From Xylographa opegraphella (lineage: Eukaryota), in NCBI GenBank assembly GCA_022813865.1, contig JALDZX010000051.1, positions 1 through 64,000 of the forward strand: 64,000 bases of DNA. The letters run 5' to 3'. A program made the position numbers and the translations under genes. Within the stretch, counting starts at the first letter, position 1; every line of letters starts with the position of its first letter. Below are positions 1 to 11,119 of this stretch, one piece after another. The notes beneath the pieces were generated by a model, which had not been told where the DNA came from, ran no database searches, and saw nothing but the letters and a program-made list of their open reading frames with translations.

Positions 1-183
1 GATGCTCGATCACAGCGGATCAGGATATGGATGAAAAAGCCGAACTAGGCAAGCGATTTAAAAACGTAATTGGAACGATTGTTCTTCTATTCGATGTGCT
101 TCCTGTCCCCGCATTGGCGGCCTTGCTTTCCATATCGACTAAGGAAGTTAATTTATCTCTGGAACCATTACACTCATTGCTGA
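1..183 (+). pseudogene. Fragment of a fungal NACHT/NLR (HET-E-like) protein, region just C-terminal to the NACHT domain, truncated
   Basis: Frame reads ...DEKAELGKRFKNVIGTIVLLFDVLPVPALAALLSISTKEVNLSLEPLHSLL, typical of the post-NACHT segment. The expected continuation (..P..PIRLLHxSFRDFL) is absent and similarity stops at about 183. The 5' part lies outside the window. Confidence 0.6.
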
Positions 184-363
184 CAGATCGGGCCCCGAGG
201 GATTACAGGGGGGGGAGCAAAGCAGGGTGGGAATCCAAGGTATTAGGGAAGGCAGCTGGAATTGGAGCCTTTCTCATCCTTAAACTTGAAACATGGCGAG
301 CATGACAAGGTAACAATGACTGAAATCCCAGGCTCCGTTTATGGCCCCAGGCTCCCATCCCCT

Positions 364-812
364 GGATGGGCGACCCAGAAAGCATGCCTTGGAATCGATT
401 TGGACTTCCTGGTCCAGATAATAGTTCACAGTGCCCGAGTTTGGTTTATGGTCGAAAACCTGGTCTCTGATAGAAGCAGGAGCTCTGTCTGCTTGAAAGG
501 GTTATCATGTACCGTGTATCGGATGGGTTCATGCGCACTATTGATGACATTAAGGAGACCGCGTCGCAGTCCATATTGTCTGAAGCTATGCTCCAGTCCA
601 GCTTTGAGGCCTAGCCGCTTCAGGTATCCGATCCAAGTGCTTGCGCATAATGGCTGAGATAGTGTGGATGAGCCTTTGGCCTTCATCGGTTGAGTGAACA
701 CCGGCCGGTCTAACATTTCGCGTTTCCATTTCAAGACAAGACTGTTCCTGCCCTCTGACATCTTGGCAAAGAATATATTCTCGACATGTTTTGCAGACTT
801 CCCGCTCGACAG
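364..812 (-). pseudogene. DUF3435 tyrosine recombinase (Starship captain-type) C-terminal catalytic fragment with one intron (538-489)
   Basis: Exon A: ENIFFAKMSEGRNSLVLKWKREMLDRPVF...PLCASTWIGYLKRLGLKAGLEHSFRQYGLRRGLLNVIN. A 50-nt GTGCGC...GATAAC...CAG intron follows. Exon B: NRAPASIRDQVFDHKPNSGTVNYYLDQEVQIDSKACFLGRPS. This matches recalled DUF3435 motifs (YxLRRG, RxQxxxH, YL, AFLGRPS). The N-terminus and far C-terminus are missing. Confidence 0.8.
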
Positions 813-852
813 ACCAAAGTCTTTCATATCCATTCCTACAACACCTTTGGAC

Positions 853-1800
853 ATGGATTCTATTCAATTCTATCGACCCATCAAACCTAGACTTCCCAGA
901 ACAGCCTCAACGCCAGTGCGTGAGCCGAGGAACCAGGTCCACGACATGTCCAACGCAAAGTTGAGCGCCATCCTACTAAAGGAATGGGGTTTAGACAAAC
1001 TAGACGAGCCAGCGAGAAAGCCAGGCAGCACGCCACGGACCGAGCCTGCGAGCCAGCTACGCGACCGCCCACAGACGGAAGCTTCCCCACCCTATGAACA
1101 ACGGCCTGACAAACCAAAGCAAGACCCTCCATCAATTAATTCTCCATTCAAAGCTCCACCTGGATTTCAACCTATAGAAAACTCCAGCGCATCTGCAGTA
1201 CAAGCTGGGTCCTGGAGTCCCCAAGATGGAGATGATGGATGGGGTATGTAAGACCTTGAATCGAGAGGGCGTGCCTGACAGTCACAGATCATGGTTCACC
1301 TATCGTTATCGAGGATCATGAAGATGGCGACGGCGAGGGTAGTGCAAGCGCAATTCGACCAGGAAAGTCAGGTCCCCTTAAGGGCATCGACGCGATACAC
1401 GATCCTGCACCCCTGGGGAGCCACCCCCCAAAGTCTGTTGATAACAGCCCTGGGAAGCGGACCACGGATGACATGATCTACTCCACAGGCTTTGACGAAT
1501 CAGTGGAATCGGATCACCAGCCTTCAAAACCTAAGAGCGATGGCCTTGGAAGTAGCACAGGTTCAGCTCGCAAGCACAACCCACAAAAGCGCACGGCTAG
1601 TAGTAGCCCTCAGATTCAGAATAACGTCCGAGGCAAGTGACTTCCCCAACGTACCGAAAGCATTTCTTACCATCGCAGATATCTTGTTAGGAAAACGGCG
1701 TAAGTTCTCGAGAGCAACAGGAGCTGCATTAACAAATGAAGATGATGGCAGTACGTCGAAGTGCTTGCCTAAGCTGGAAGTAAGTGCTACGAGATACTGA
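853..1800 (+). CDS. Orphan low-complexity (Pro/Ser/Asp-rich) hypothetical gene, probably spliced and possibly decayed
   Basis: ATG at 853 opens an ORF to about 1242. A GTATGT...CTGACAG intron-like segment (1243-1281) follows, then an open hydrophilic frame (DHGSPIVIEDHEDGDGEG...) to a stop near 1640. No recognisable domain; the 3' end is uncertain. Confidence 0.3.
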
Positions 1801-2742
1801 TTGATCTATTGCCCCTTACGCTCGACCCACCGCCCCTTCAGCGTCCTCGACTGATCGTGATTCTCCTGCCAAACACACCCCAGCTCGACGACAGCAACTC
1901 TTACAACCCAACCGCAATCTCGACTTTCATGTGGGGAATGGGCAACGTCGTTTAGGTTACGGGCGAGGTAAGCCTGTATGGATTGGTCAATACGTCAACG
2001 GGGGGAGCGATCTTCAAGGTTGCTATCCAATTGTGATCGGCGATTTCTCTGCAGCTGGCGAGTTCACCATGGCGGCTCGCAAACATGATGTGGACGGACA
2101 TCAACTACAGGTAGATACGGAGTTGGCTTTGAAGGTGGCACTGGACACTTCTACGATGCAGTTCAAGGACTTCCGTCTCTCGCCGGTAGCACAAAGGGCG
2201 GTGGTAAAGACCGAAATGGACATGGTCAAGTTTGTCGAAGGCGTTCAGAAAGCCGCTGATCGTGGCACTGGGTTCTAGGATTCTAGCTGGGGCGTTAGTA
2301 GAGGGACGTCGAAGGAAGGGGTTAGGCTGGTAGCACTCAGGGAGCATAAGCGGACAATGAGTGTTCCCAATTGGTTGTGGAAAAGTGTAACGATAGTAGT
2401 GAAGGAGCAACTCTATGCAATGGAATTTCTATGCTAATTTTGCCACAAGTAAGTTGAGCAGGCCCGCTCTTCAGCATACGGGCTGCCTCCACAGTGTGTT
2501 CCCATATACCCTTGCAGCCTTTCAAAGGGTGTCAAAACGCTCATCAGAGGGTCTAGAATTGGAGGGTGCATACGCTGGGAGGGTGTGAACCCTTTGAGCC
2601 TTTGCCTTGATCTCTCGAACAGTGTCTCCGACTTAGTATTTTGCAATTATGAAAAGATACTGGTAAAATGTATACTCCTCATCCATACTGCTGTTGCCCC
2701 AGGTTAACGACGCTTGACGAACCTCATCGCCACTAGCATAAT

Positions 2743-3192
2743 CCCTTACGCTGATGCTTAGCTCAGGGTAACAGATCACGGAGGCGTTATACTTGACCTT
2801 TAAGAAACCGAGGCTCGTCCTACGCTAATATTTAGCTCAGGGTGATAGATCACGTAGGCGTTATATTAAGACCCTAGAAAAAGCGAGGCCACCCTTACGC
2901 TCTACAGTCCCCTACTCCGATACTCAGCGTAGGGTGACAAATCCCTTAGGCGTTATACTAAACCTCAAGAAACCGAGGTCCACCCTACACTGATGTTAAG
3001 CGCAGGGTCATATATCACGTAGGCGCCATATCAGACTTAAGAAACCGAGGCCCGCCCTACTCCGATGATCAGCGTGGGATGATAGATCACGAAGGCGCCA
3101 TATCAAGACCTTAGAAAAGCGAGACGATTCCTACAGTCCCCTACTCCGATAAGCAGCGTAGGGTGATGGATCCCCTAGATGTTATACTAACC
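2743..3192. repeat. Degenerate tandem array of six ~72-92 bp units, each with internal inverted repeats
   Basis: Units start at about 2744, 2818, 2910, 2983, 3055 and 3139. Consensus: CCCTACGCTGATNNTCAGCGTAGGGTGATAGATCACGTAGGCGTTATANYAAGACCTYAAGAAACCGAGGCCC. Confidence 0.9.
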
Positions 3193-3856
3193 GAACAACA
3201 ACCAGCAGTTCTTTCAGTGCAGTCAAGAGCATAATCAGGAATATCGGACCCTCTGGTGACGTAAGCCCCAAACAAGTTAGCCCCAGAGCTTAACTTACAT
3301 ATACCGCGATGCCTTTCGAGACTAGGCTACTAAGGTTCTGAGGTCCTAAGGCAACTAATTTTAGTAAAATGCCAATTCCTATCATCGTTGTTGGATTTAG
3401 GGCGCAGTCTCACGTGATCACTAGTTGACTAAGCAACGCTAGAACCTCTGTATATGTTGCAGAGCTTTTATCTTAGTTGTTCTGTACCAATAGCACCAAT
3501 ATACACATGCATGACCTCCTGATTTCCAACATTAAAATACAGAGGCAAGCGTTCAATTCGTATGAAACTCTCGTTCATCGTATATTTATCGTTATAAAGT
3601 TTCACTGAGTAACTGCATTATTTCTCGTTATGGCAGGTACTGTTCTTGAACTGGAGCTTGGCCACTGTGATAGGAAAGAGATGTCAAGACACGAAAATGG
3701 ATATAAATATCAGCTTGAGCATGTTTCTTTGAACATTCAACTTTGAGACCCAGCAGCTTCTTGGAGATTTGCACCTTCTCGGACATTCTATTGTTCGTTT
3801 TCTTTGCTTTTAATAGGTTGACTTGATCCGATAAATCAATATCTTTCAACGTCACC

Positions 3857-4389
3857 ATGTTTCGTGTCTCGATTATAATAGGTCCCTTGGTCCTGCTCAT
3901 CAGGTTGGTGAACATGTCTTCAACGTATTCAAGTTATTGCTGATGTTGGCTTATAGTCAAGTATTTGGCTCCAAGAAAGGGTCTCATGCTTTTACCTCAT
4001 CAATGGCCTCAGTCTCCAATTCCTACATATCGGCACAAACTGTCAGCACTTTTGTCGGCAATACCTCTGCCTGTCAGCCTCCAACGAGCAGCTTCTTAAC
4101 TTCAACTACTACTACGATACCATGTCATCCCAGCACTATCATTGTCACGCAAACTGCTACAAACGTGCCGGTAACCTATTTCACGACCACAGTAAAAAGC
4201 GTATACGGCACAATTACCGTCCCAGCAACTACCGTTACACTATATCAGTCAGGGTCTGCAGTCACTGCGACTATTACTGAAACCATCACGAAGCAGGAAT
4301 TCTACACCATCACGGAAGGGGCCATCATATCGACAATGGTAGAGTGTTCCGGCAACGACTGCCCCTTTGGTCCCGGTTTCAAGGACTGA
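3857..4389 (+). CDS. Small secreted Thr/Ser-rich protein (about 160 aa, 4 Cys); intron 3904-3956
   Basis: Splicing GTTGGT...GCTGAT...TAG joins MFRVSIIIGPLVLLI to SQVFGSKKG... in frame. This gives a hydrophobic signal-peptide-like N-terminus and a Thr-rich body. Confidence 0.7.
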
Positions 4390-4765
4390 CAAATGGCCAT
4401 AAAGCGGTGGCACGGTGGTTTTGCATACAATAAAGGAGTTTGATGACATACGACGAGCCGCACGAATTAAGCTGCTGATGAAAGCCTTAATGCAGGGGGT
4501 TGCTAAAAAGCGATGAAGTTATTCTGAAGCCAGCATAGATATTCTACACAGTAGACCATTTATAGTGAATAAACTAATAGCTTCGGATAATCGGTTCCTT
4601 TTCAATTGTGACATGATTTACCGTATTTTACTCAAAACTGATTTCACTAACCTATACCGGGAAGTTGCGGGGATAAGAAAGGTAGAATATAGATAAGGTT
4701 ATGCTACAAATCGCGCTAACAGCAACTCCTCTTGGCCAGAAGATTGACAATAATACTGTTAGAGG

Positions 4766-5968
4766 ATGACCGAGGACGAGATCTTTCGCACGACAACTCA
4801 ATATCGACTGTGGGCATATACAGAGGAAACCTTGACTGGCCTTCGTATCTCCACGAACTCACGTGCGGCGGTTCGTGTAAGAGATGCACTTCGACGAATA
4901 CATTCATCTGAGGATAATGGACAGACAGCGTCCGTCAGCGAGGTCGATTGCCTGACAGTGGATGAAGAACAGAAGCTGGTGGGATTTTATTGTGTCAAAG
5001 CGATGGAATTTGCAGACTTTTGCGAGTTTCCGACCAATGTGAAAGTGAGCTCCGCCTGGCCATCACTCGATCTGATCATGCTCAAGAGCTGACGATAACC
5101 CTAGGCTACAGCGGTTCAATACCTGAAACGTTTCTATCTCTCGAACTCTCCTATGACGTATCATCCGAAGCAGATGATGCCATCTGCGCTCTTTCTCTCC
5201 ACCAAGACAGAAAACCACTACATTTCTCTGAAAAACTTCGTAGCCAAGCTTCCAAAAACAACTGCCGAGGACGTGGTGGCGCCTGAGTTCCTCCTCACAC
5301 AAGCCTTGAGGTTTACTTTTGACGTACGGCATCCTCAGAGAGGCCTAGAAGGCGGATTTATGGAATTACTGGCAATATCTACAGCCACCTATCATCCACC
5401 ACCTGGGTCCCGAGCATCGTCAAAGTCCTTGCAGCAAGAGATGCTACAGCTCGCGCCTTCCGAGAACGGAAAGCCGAAAGCGAGATCGGCCGATGACCTA
5501 AAGATTCGTATTCAGATTGCCCATGGTAAAGCAAAGGAGACACTGAAGACTTCTGCCCTTCTCACTGACGCATACTTTCTTTACACCCCATCCCAATTGT
5601 GGCTCTCCGCGTTTTTGAAGGCAGACGAACAACTGGCAAAGTTTTACCTTCAAACCAAATTCTTTGGATCTGAGGGCGTTCCTTCTAGACTTCTCTCGAC
5701 TTTTCAGGGGTGCGTAGCTTTACTGGCACAATCTCCTTCTGTCAAGCCTGGAGAAGTGGAGATAAAAGAACTGACCCGGATCGACAAGAAGCTCTACAAA
5801 TGTCGTAACCCCGAAAAAATGGATCTTGTCGGAATTAATAAAGCCCAGAAGAGAGATGGAGAGCCCAAGGATGAGCCAGGTTTGGGTGAAAAGACTCTCA
5901 AAAAGAGGAAACTTGTACACGCACTACAAGATTCTGATGATATGTTTGGTCCCACGATATTGAATTGA
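4766..5968 (+). CDS. CCL1: Cyclin H / Ccl1 (TFIIH kinase cyclin); intron 5045-5104
   Basis: MTEDEIFRTTTQYRLW, LTVDEEQKLVGFY, ATAVQYLKRFYLSNSPMTYHPKQMM, EFLLTQALRFTFDVRHP and LLTDAYFLYTPSQLWL are cyclin H motifs. Confidence 0.92.
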
Positions 5969-7013
5969 ATGAACTTGTGAAATCTAGTATAACCACTTCT
6001 CAACCCCTCATTGGCGGATACAGTGTGCGTTTACTCATCGAGCTTGATGACTTAGGGTCCGGAAGGTTCAAGAGGGATGAGCAGACCAAGATATTGCAGC
6101 TAGGATAGACATGCATTGAAAGCATGCAGTCATCTTCCTCAATACAATCAGCACTTTTTTACTAGAAATAGCAAGGCTTCGTGTTGTTGCAATGAATGAC
6201 GAGCAAAGATGACGTGCAATTCGCACCGAGGCTTGGATAAAAGGTCGGGCCATGGACTGCCAGCGGGACTGACTGAACTCAGGAGCGTGAAAGGCGGCGA
6301 GGGCATTGACACATGCGAATATGCAGTCAGGGTGCAAACAGCGTTGGGGGGGATCAGGTGTTGGAGAAAACTGCCAGTGTCTTTCAACTATGGTAGTGAC
6401 ATGATGTTGGCTGAAGCTGAGCCTTCAACAACACGCAGCTGTGCTGTGGGTTGCTACTTCCAGTAAGGCAGTTGTGGTAATGCATTGCTCTTACCCCGTA
6501 CCGTTGCCTATTCTCTGCGTCCACCTTAGTGCGAGCCTTTGTATCGTAGAAAATACACACCAGACACCATTGGACCCGAAATGCATCAAGACTGCTAATC
6601 CTGTAAGGTCATATTGGCTTCTCTTGATCGAACTGACAGCTCTGAAACACTTCGTCTCGAACGATTACATTCTAGAATATCTGGAATCATCATGTAAGTA
6701 TCAGCAACACACTGATGGAACAAAGCTTTGTCAGACACCATGGCCAGCTGACAGTCGATGCAGGGCAATTTGAAAGGCAATCATTCGGACAAAGCACAGC
6801 CTTCCATCACTGTGCCTTTCGGTGCCCGCACATGCAGCACTGTGTTGTTTGACGTTGATTTGTTCCGTCCTCAGGTGGGACCAAATTGACCCCGCCGTCG
6901 ATCAGGCAGTAGCATTTTCTCACTTCAACCTCAATCTCTCTCTTGCATAGTAGTTAGACTACCCAAAGCTGCAGCCTCTTTTCTGAAAATACAAATCTTT
7001 AGAGAATTACAAC

Positions 7014-10000
7014 ATGCCTCCTGGAAGAGATAGAGGTGGCCGTGGTGGCGGTGATCGTGGTGGGGATCGTGGCGGCCGTGGAGGTGGGGGTAGGGGTGGT
7101 GGATATGAGGGCCGTGGTCGTGGCGATGGAGGAGGAGGCTTCGCACCAAGAGGCCGCGGCGATGGCACTCGTGGTAGAGGTGGTGGTCGCGGAGGTGGAG
7201 GTCCTATTGAATTCTACTCGTGAGTTGAAATATTCTATGCGAACATCAGTGCTACGTTCTCCAAACTAATCCTGCAAGACTTCCTGATGGGAGCGTTCCT
7301 GCTCCGAATGCTCAAGTCGCGAAAACAGAGGACGAAACAGTGAAGAAACCGTCATCGACTACAGCCGCTACTAAAGCTACGAAAACATTGCCAGATATCA
7401 GTCAGCTGAGCCTGAAAAGTAATTTTCCACCCAGACCAGCTTATGGCACAAGAGGTACCCAAGTTACTCTCTGGGCCAACTACTTTCAAGTGGTACCAAA
7501 TGGAGACGTGAAACTCTATCGATATGCCATCGACACAGTGCCCGCGGCCGCTGGAAAGAGAAAACAACGCAGGCTCGTAGAGCTTCTTATCGAGGAAACT
7601 CCCCTCTTCGCATTGAAAGCTCAAATCGCCACAGATTACGGAACGACACTTATTTGCCAGAGGGAGATTCCGGAGTCGGATCTGGAGCACGGCATTGTCT
7701 ACAAAGATGAATGCGAAGATACGCCCGGTCCTCGAGCCACAAGTCATCGGCTCAGGCTTCAACAGACTGGGATTTTTACCGTTGCCGAGCTGGTGTCGTA
7801 TCTGACATCAACTCGTGTAGATGCCGCGTTCCCAAACAAGGACGAAGTAATTCAAACCCTCAACATAGTGATGGGTCACCATCCTAAAGCAGCATCATCA
7901 ATCATGTCCGTGGCCAACAAGCATTATCCAACCCAAGGCCAATCTTCTGAGTACGCTGACCTCGGTGCCGGCTTGATTGCTTGGAGAGGTTACTTTGTCA
8001 GCGTCCGTGCAGCAGCAGCTCGTATTTTGGTCAATGTGCAGGTCAAGCACGCTGCAGCTTATCAGGATGGCAGCTTGGTCAACTTGATGCAGGCGTTTAA
8101 AGCGGCTGACAGAAGCAACACTTTGTACCAGCTCGAGAGGTTCCTCAAACGAGTGCGTGTGCAGAGCACGCATCTTCCTGTGAAGAAAAATAAGGCAGGG
8201 ATGACGATTCCAAAGGTCAAAACGATTAACGGCCTCGCAACAACGAGTGATGGCCAAGGTCTTCCTCACCCACCAAGGGTAGCGTCCTTTGGTGCTTTCG
8301 CAGACAAGGTTGAATTTTACTTGGACAGCACCCCTGGTGCCCCGGAGACTGGTACATCTACCACCACCCCAAAAGCCGGCAAGAAAGGAGGAAAGAAGGG
8401 CAGTCAACAAGGTCCGCAACCAGGATCTTCCTCGGGAGGACCAGGTAGATATATCACTGTCGCCGATTTTTTTCGAACCCGTGCGTATTAGCATCGATCG
8501 CTATTTTCGCTGAAGCTAAATCATGTTAGGTTACAACCTGAAAGTAAACCCTCAACTTCCTGTCATCAACGTTGGGAATAAGGCAAACCCAAGTTATCTT
8601 CCAGCCGATGTTTGCATAGTCTTGCCAGGTCAGCCCGCCAATGTGAAGCTCAACTCAGATCAAACTACGAATATGATTTCGTTCGCGGTTCGGAATCCCA
8701 AAGCCAACGCTACATCAATAGTTGGGCGTGGACTGGTATCGTTAGGACTCGATCCTCAGAATCCAACCCTGGTATAATCGTTACCTGAACATATCAAGTC
8801 TAGTGGATTTCTAACGTGCGTTAGGCAAAATTTGGAATCGCTGTTTCTAAAAACATGATCACCGTCCCTGGCCGTATACTGCTAGGACCTGAAGTTAAAT
8901 ATCGTGGTAGCAAATCCGCCAAGACCAGCTATGGTAGCTGGAATATGAACCAGATCCAGTTCACCGAGGGATCGAGTATCGGACCGTGGGGTATCATGAA
9001 GATCGATCTTGATGGATTCCGGACCCCTTTGGATGATCCTGCCTTTCTCCAACAAACCAAGATAAACTTCAGAAATGCTTTGGCGGCCAACGGCGTATCG
9101 GCTCCAGTGCCAACAACCATTCCTGATCTGAAGCTAACGCGTGGATCCAACCACGATGGTCTGATCGACGGGCGATTCAGCAAGATACAGGAAAACCTGC
9201 CTGATGTCAAATTCCTGCTTATTATCTTACCTAAGGCGGATGTCAGTTGGTACAATCGTATAAAGCACTGCGGTGACGTTATCTACGGGCTACACACAGT
9301 TTGCGTAGTTGGCTCGAAGTTTGGGAAGCTGAGATTGAATAGACTAAGCGGTCAAGATGAACCAGACCTCCAATACTTTGCGAATGTGGCTTTGAAGTTC
9401 AATTTAAAGAAAGGCGGAGTCAATCAGGCTTTGGACAAATCTAAGCTCGGTATCGTGGGTGAGGGTAATACCATGGTCGTTGGCATTGATGTCACACATC
9501 CATCGCCAGGTTCTGCGTCAAATGCTCCAAGCATCGCCAGCATGGTTGCAAGTACGGACAGTCAGCTCGGACAGTGGCCGGCAGTTCTTCGGATTCAAGC
9601 GGCACGACAGGAACGGGTGGCGGATCTTGACGACCTCCTCGCATCCCGGCTCAAACTCTGGCAAGTCAAGAATCAGAAGTATCCTGATAACATCATTGTG
9701 TACCGAGATGGCGTATCGGAAGGCCAGTATAATATGGTTCTTCAAGAAGAGCTCCCATTACTACAAAAGGCTTGCAAAGGGAAATATTCAGCAGAAGCTC
9801 AGAAGAGAGGTCTCCCAAAGATTAGTATAATTGTCGTCGGTAAACGCCATCATACGCGCTTTTACCCGACAAGCGCCGAAATCAATAAGATTGACACGAG
9901 GTCTCATAATCCCGTGAATGGCACGGTAGTCGACCGTGGTGTTACAGAGGCTCGGAACTGGGACTTCTTTCTCCAGGCACATACAGCTCTTCAAGGGACT

Positions 10001-10321
10001 GCAAGACCTGCGCACTATTATATTATCCATGACGAGATCTTTGCTAAGGCTACTGTCAAAGCCCCTTTTCAGAATACGGCAGATGTGCTGGAAGATTTGA
10101 CGCACAACATGTGCTACATGTTTGGACGAGCTACTAAGGCGGTGAGCATCTGTCCACCAGCATACTATGCTGACCTGGTGTGTACGCGAGCGAGGTGCTA
10201 TCTGAGCCGAATCTTCGATGCTACACCCGCGGCGAGCACAGTTGGAGGTGGAGGAGACGATCCGCAGCAGAACGAGGTCCGAATCCATCCGAACTTGGTA
10301 GACACCATGTTCTATATTTGA
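7014..10321 (+). CDS. Argonaute (QDE-2-like) with N-terminal RGG repeats, PAZ, MID and PIWI; introns about 7220-7278, 8481-8530, 8772-8824
   Basis: RPAYGTRG..LWANYF, LPVINVG...YLPADVC (PAZ end), YFANVALKFNLKKGGVNQ, VVGIDVTHP, YRDGVSEGQ, KRHHTRF, GTARPAHY and SICPPAYYADLVC. Confidence 0.97.
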
Positions 10322-11119
10322 GCAGGTGGGACTTGATGAAAACTTTCGGCATCTCATCTCCGAGTGAATGCATGTGGGGTCCCTATGTTCTTTGGTTACT
10401 CTATGGCGAAGGGCAATATTAGGTAGACCCTGCCAATTGGGTGTTTTATGATACATGAGACTATGACTTCCTTCAATAAGTAGCTGGTATGGCAGATAAT
10501 GCCCGAAAACATAACAATCAACATACTTTAATAGATTTGGACTCATGACTCGTTATAATGAAGGCCGCAATTACTGGTGACCTTCGCCGACTCTGGAAAG
10601 AACGACCACTGTAAATCGAGCAGTGAGGCCATTACATGCAAGCCCACCGAATCCGAACGATGGAGTACGTAGGTCAGATCAGGATAAGATTGACGGGATT
10701 TAGAGCCAGCAGTATTTATACAGTTGTAAGATGGCGGAGGCGACAGAACACAAACCCCAGCCTCCAGGCACACTCGCACAGCGATCAGCGATCCTCGAGA
10801 TTACGGAAAGGAACTATGGGGTGATTGCCAAGATCTTCAGCGTTTGATATACAAGGTGTCAGCAGACAGATATCTTGTTCATTCAAGCATGCTATTTCGA
10901 TTGTGATCACTCTTCATACCGTGAGTCTGTTCTAGCAGCCACTGCAGCCAATCCCATCGGACCACACGTCTGAAGCGACCAAGCATTGGCAGAAGGTAGA
11001 TAGCGATTGTAGTATTCCACTACAACGTGCACAGACCACAAGAGCAGATATCTGTCGTACTATCTCCAACTCTAATGGAGGGTAATTGACCTTCTGAGCA
11101 TGATTATGACAAGAGTGCA

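Noticed and set aside
2743..3192. Array as a CRISPR array or tRNA cluster
   Set aside because: Whole units are homologous with no unique spacers, there are no cas genes, the host is eukaryotic, and there is no TTCGA T-loop or acceptor stem.
6068..6780. Short ORFs between cyclin H and Argonaute
   Set aside because: No identifiable family; at most decayed fragments that I cannot support.
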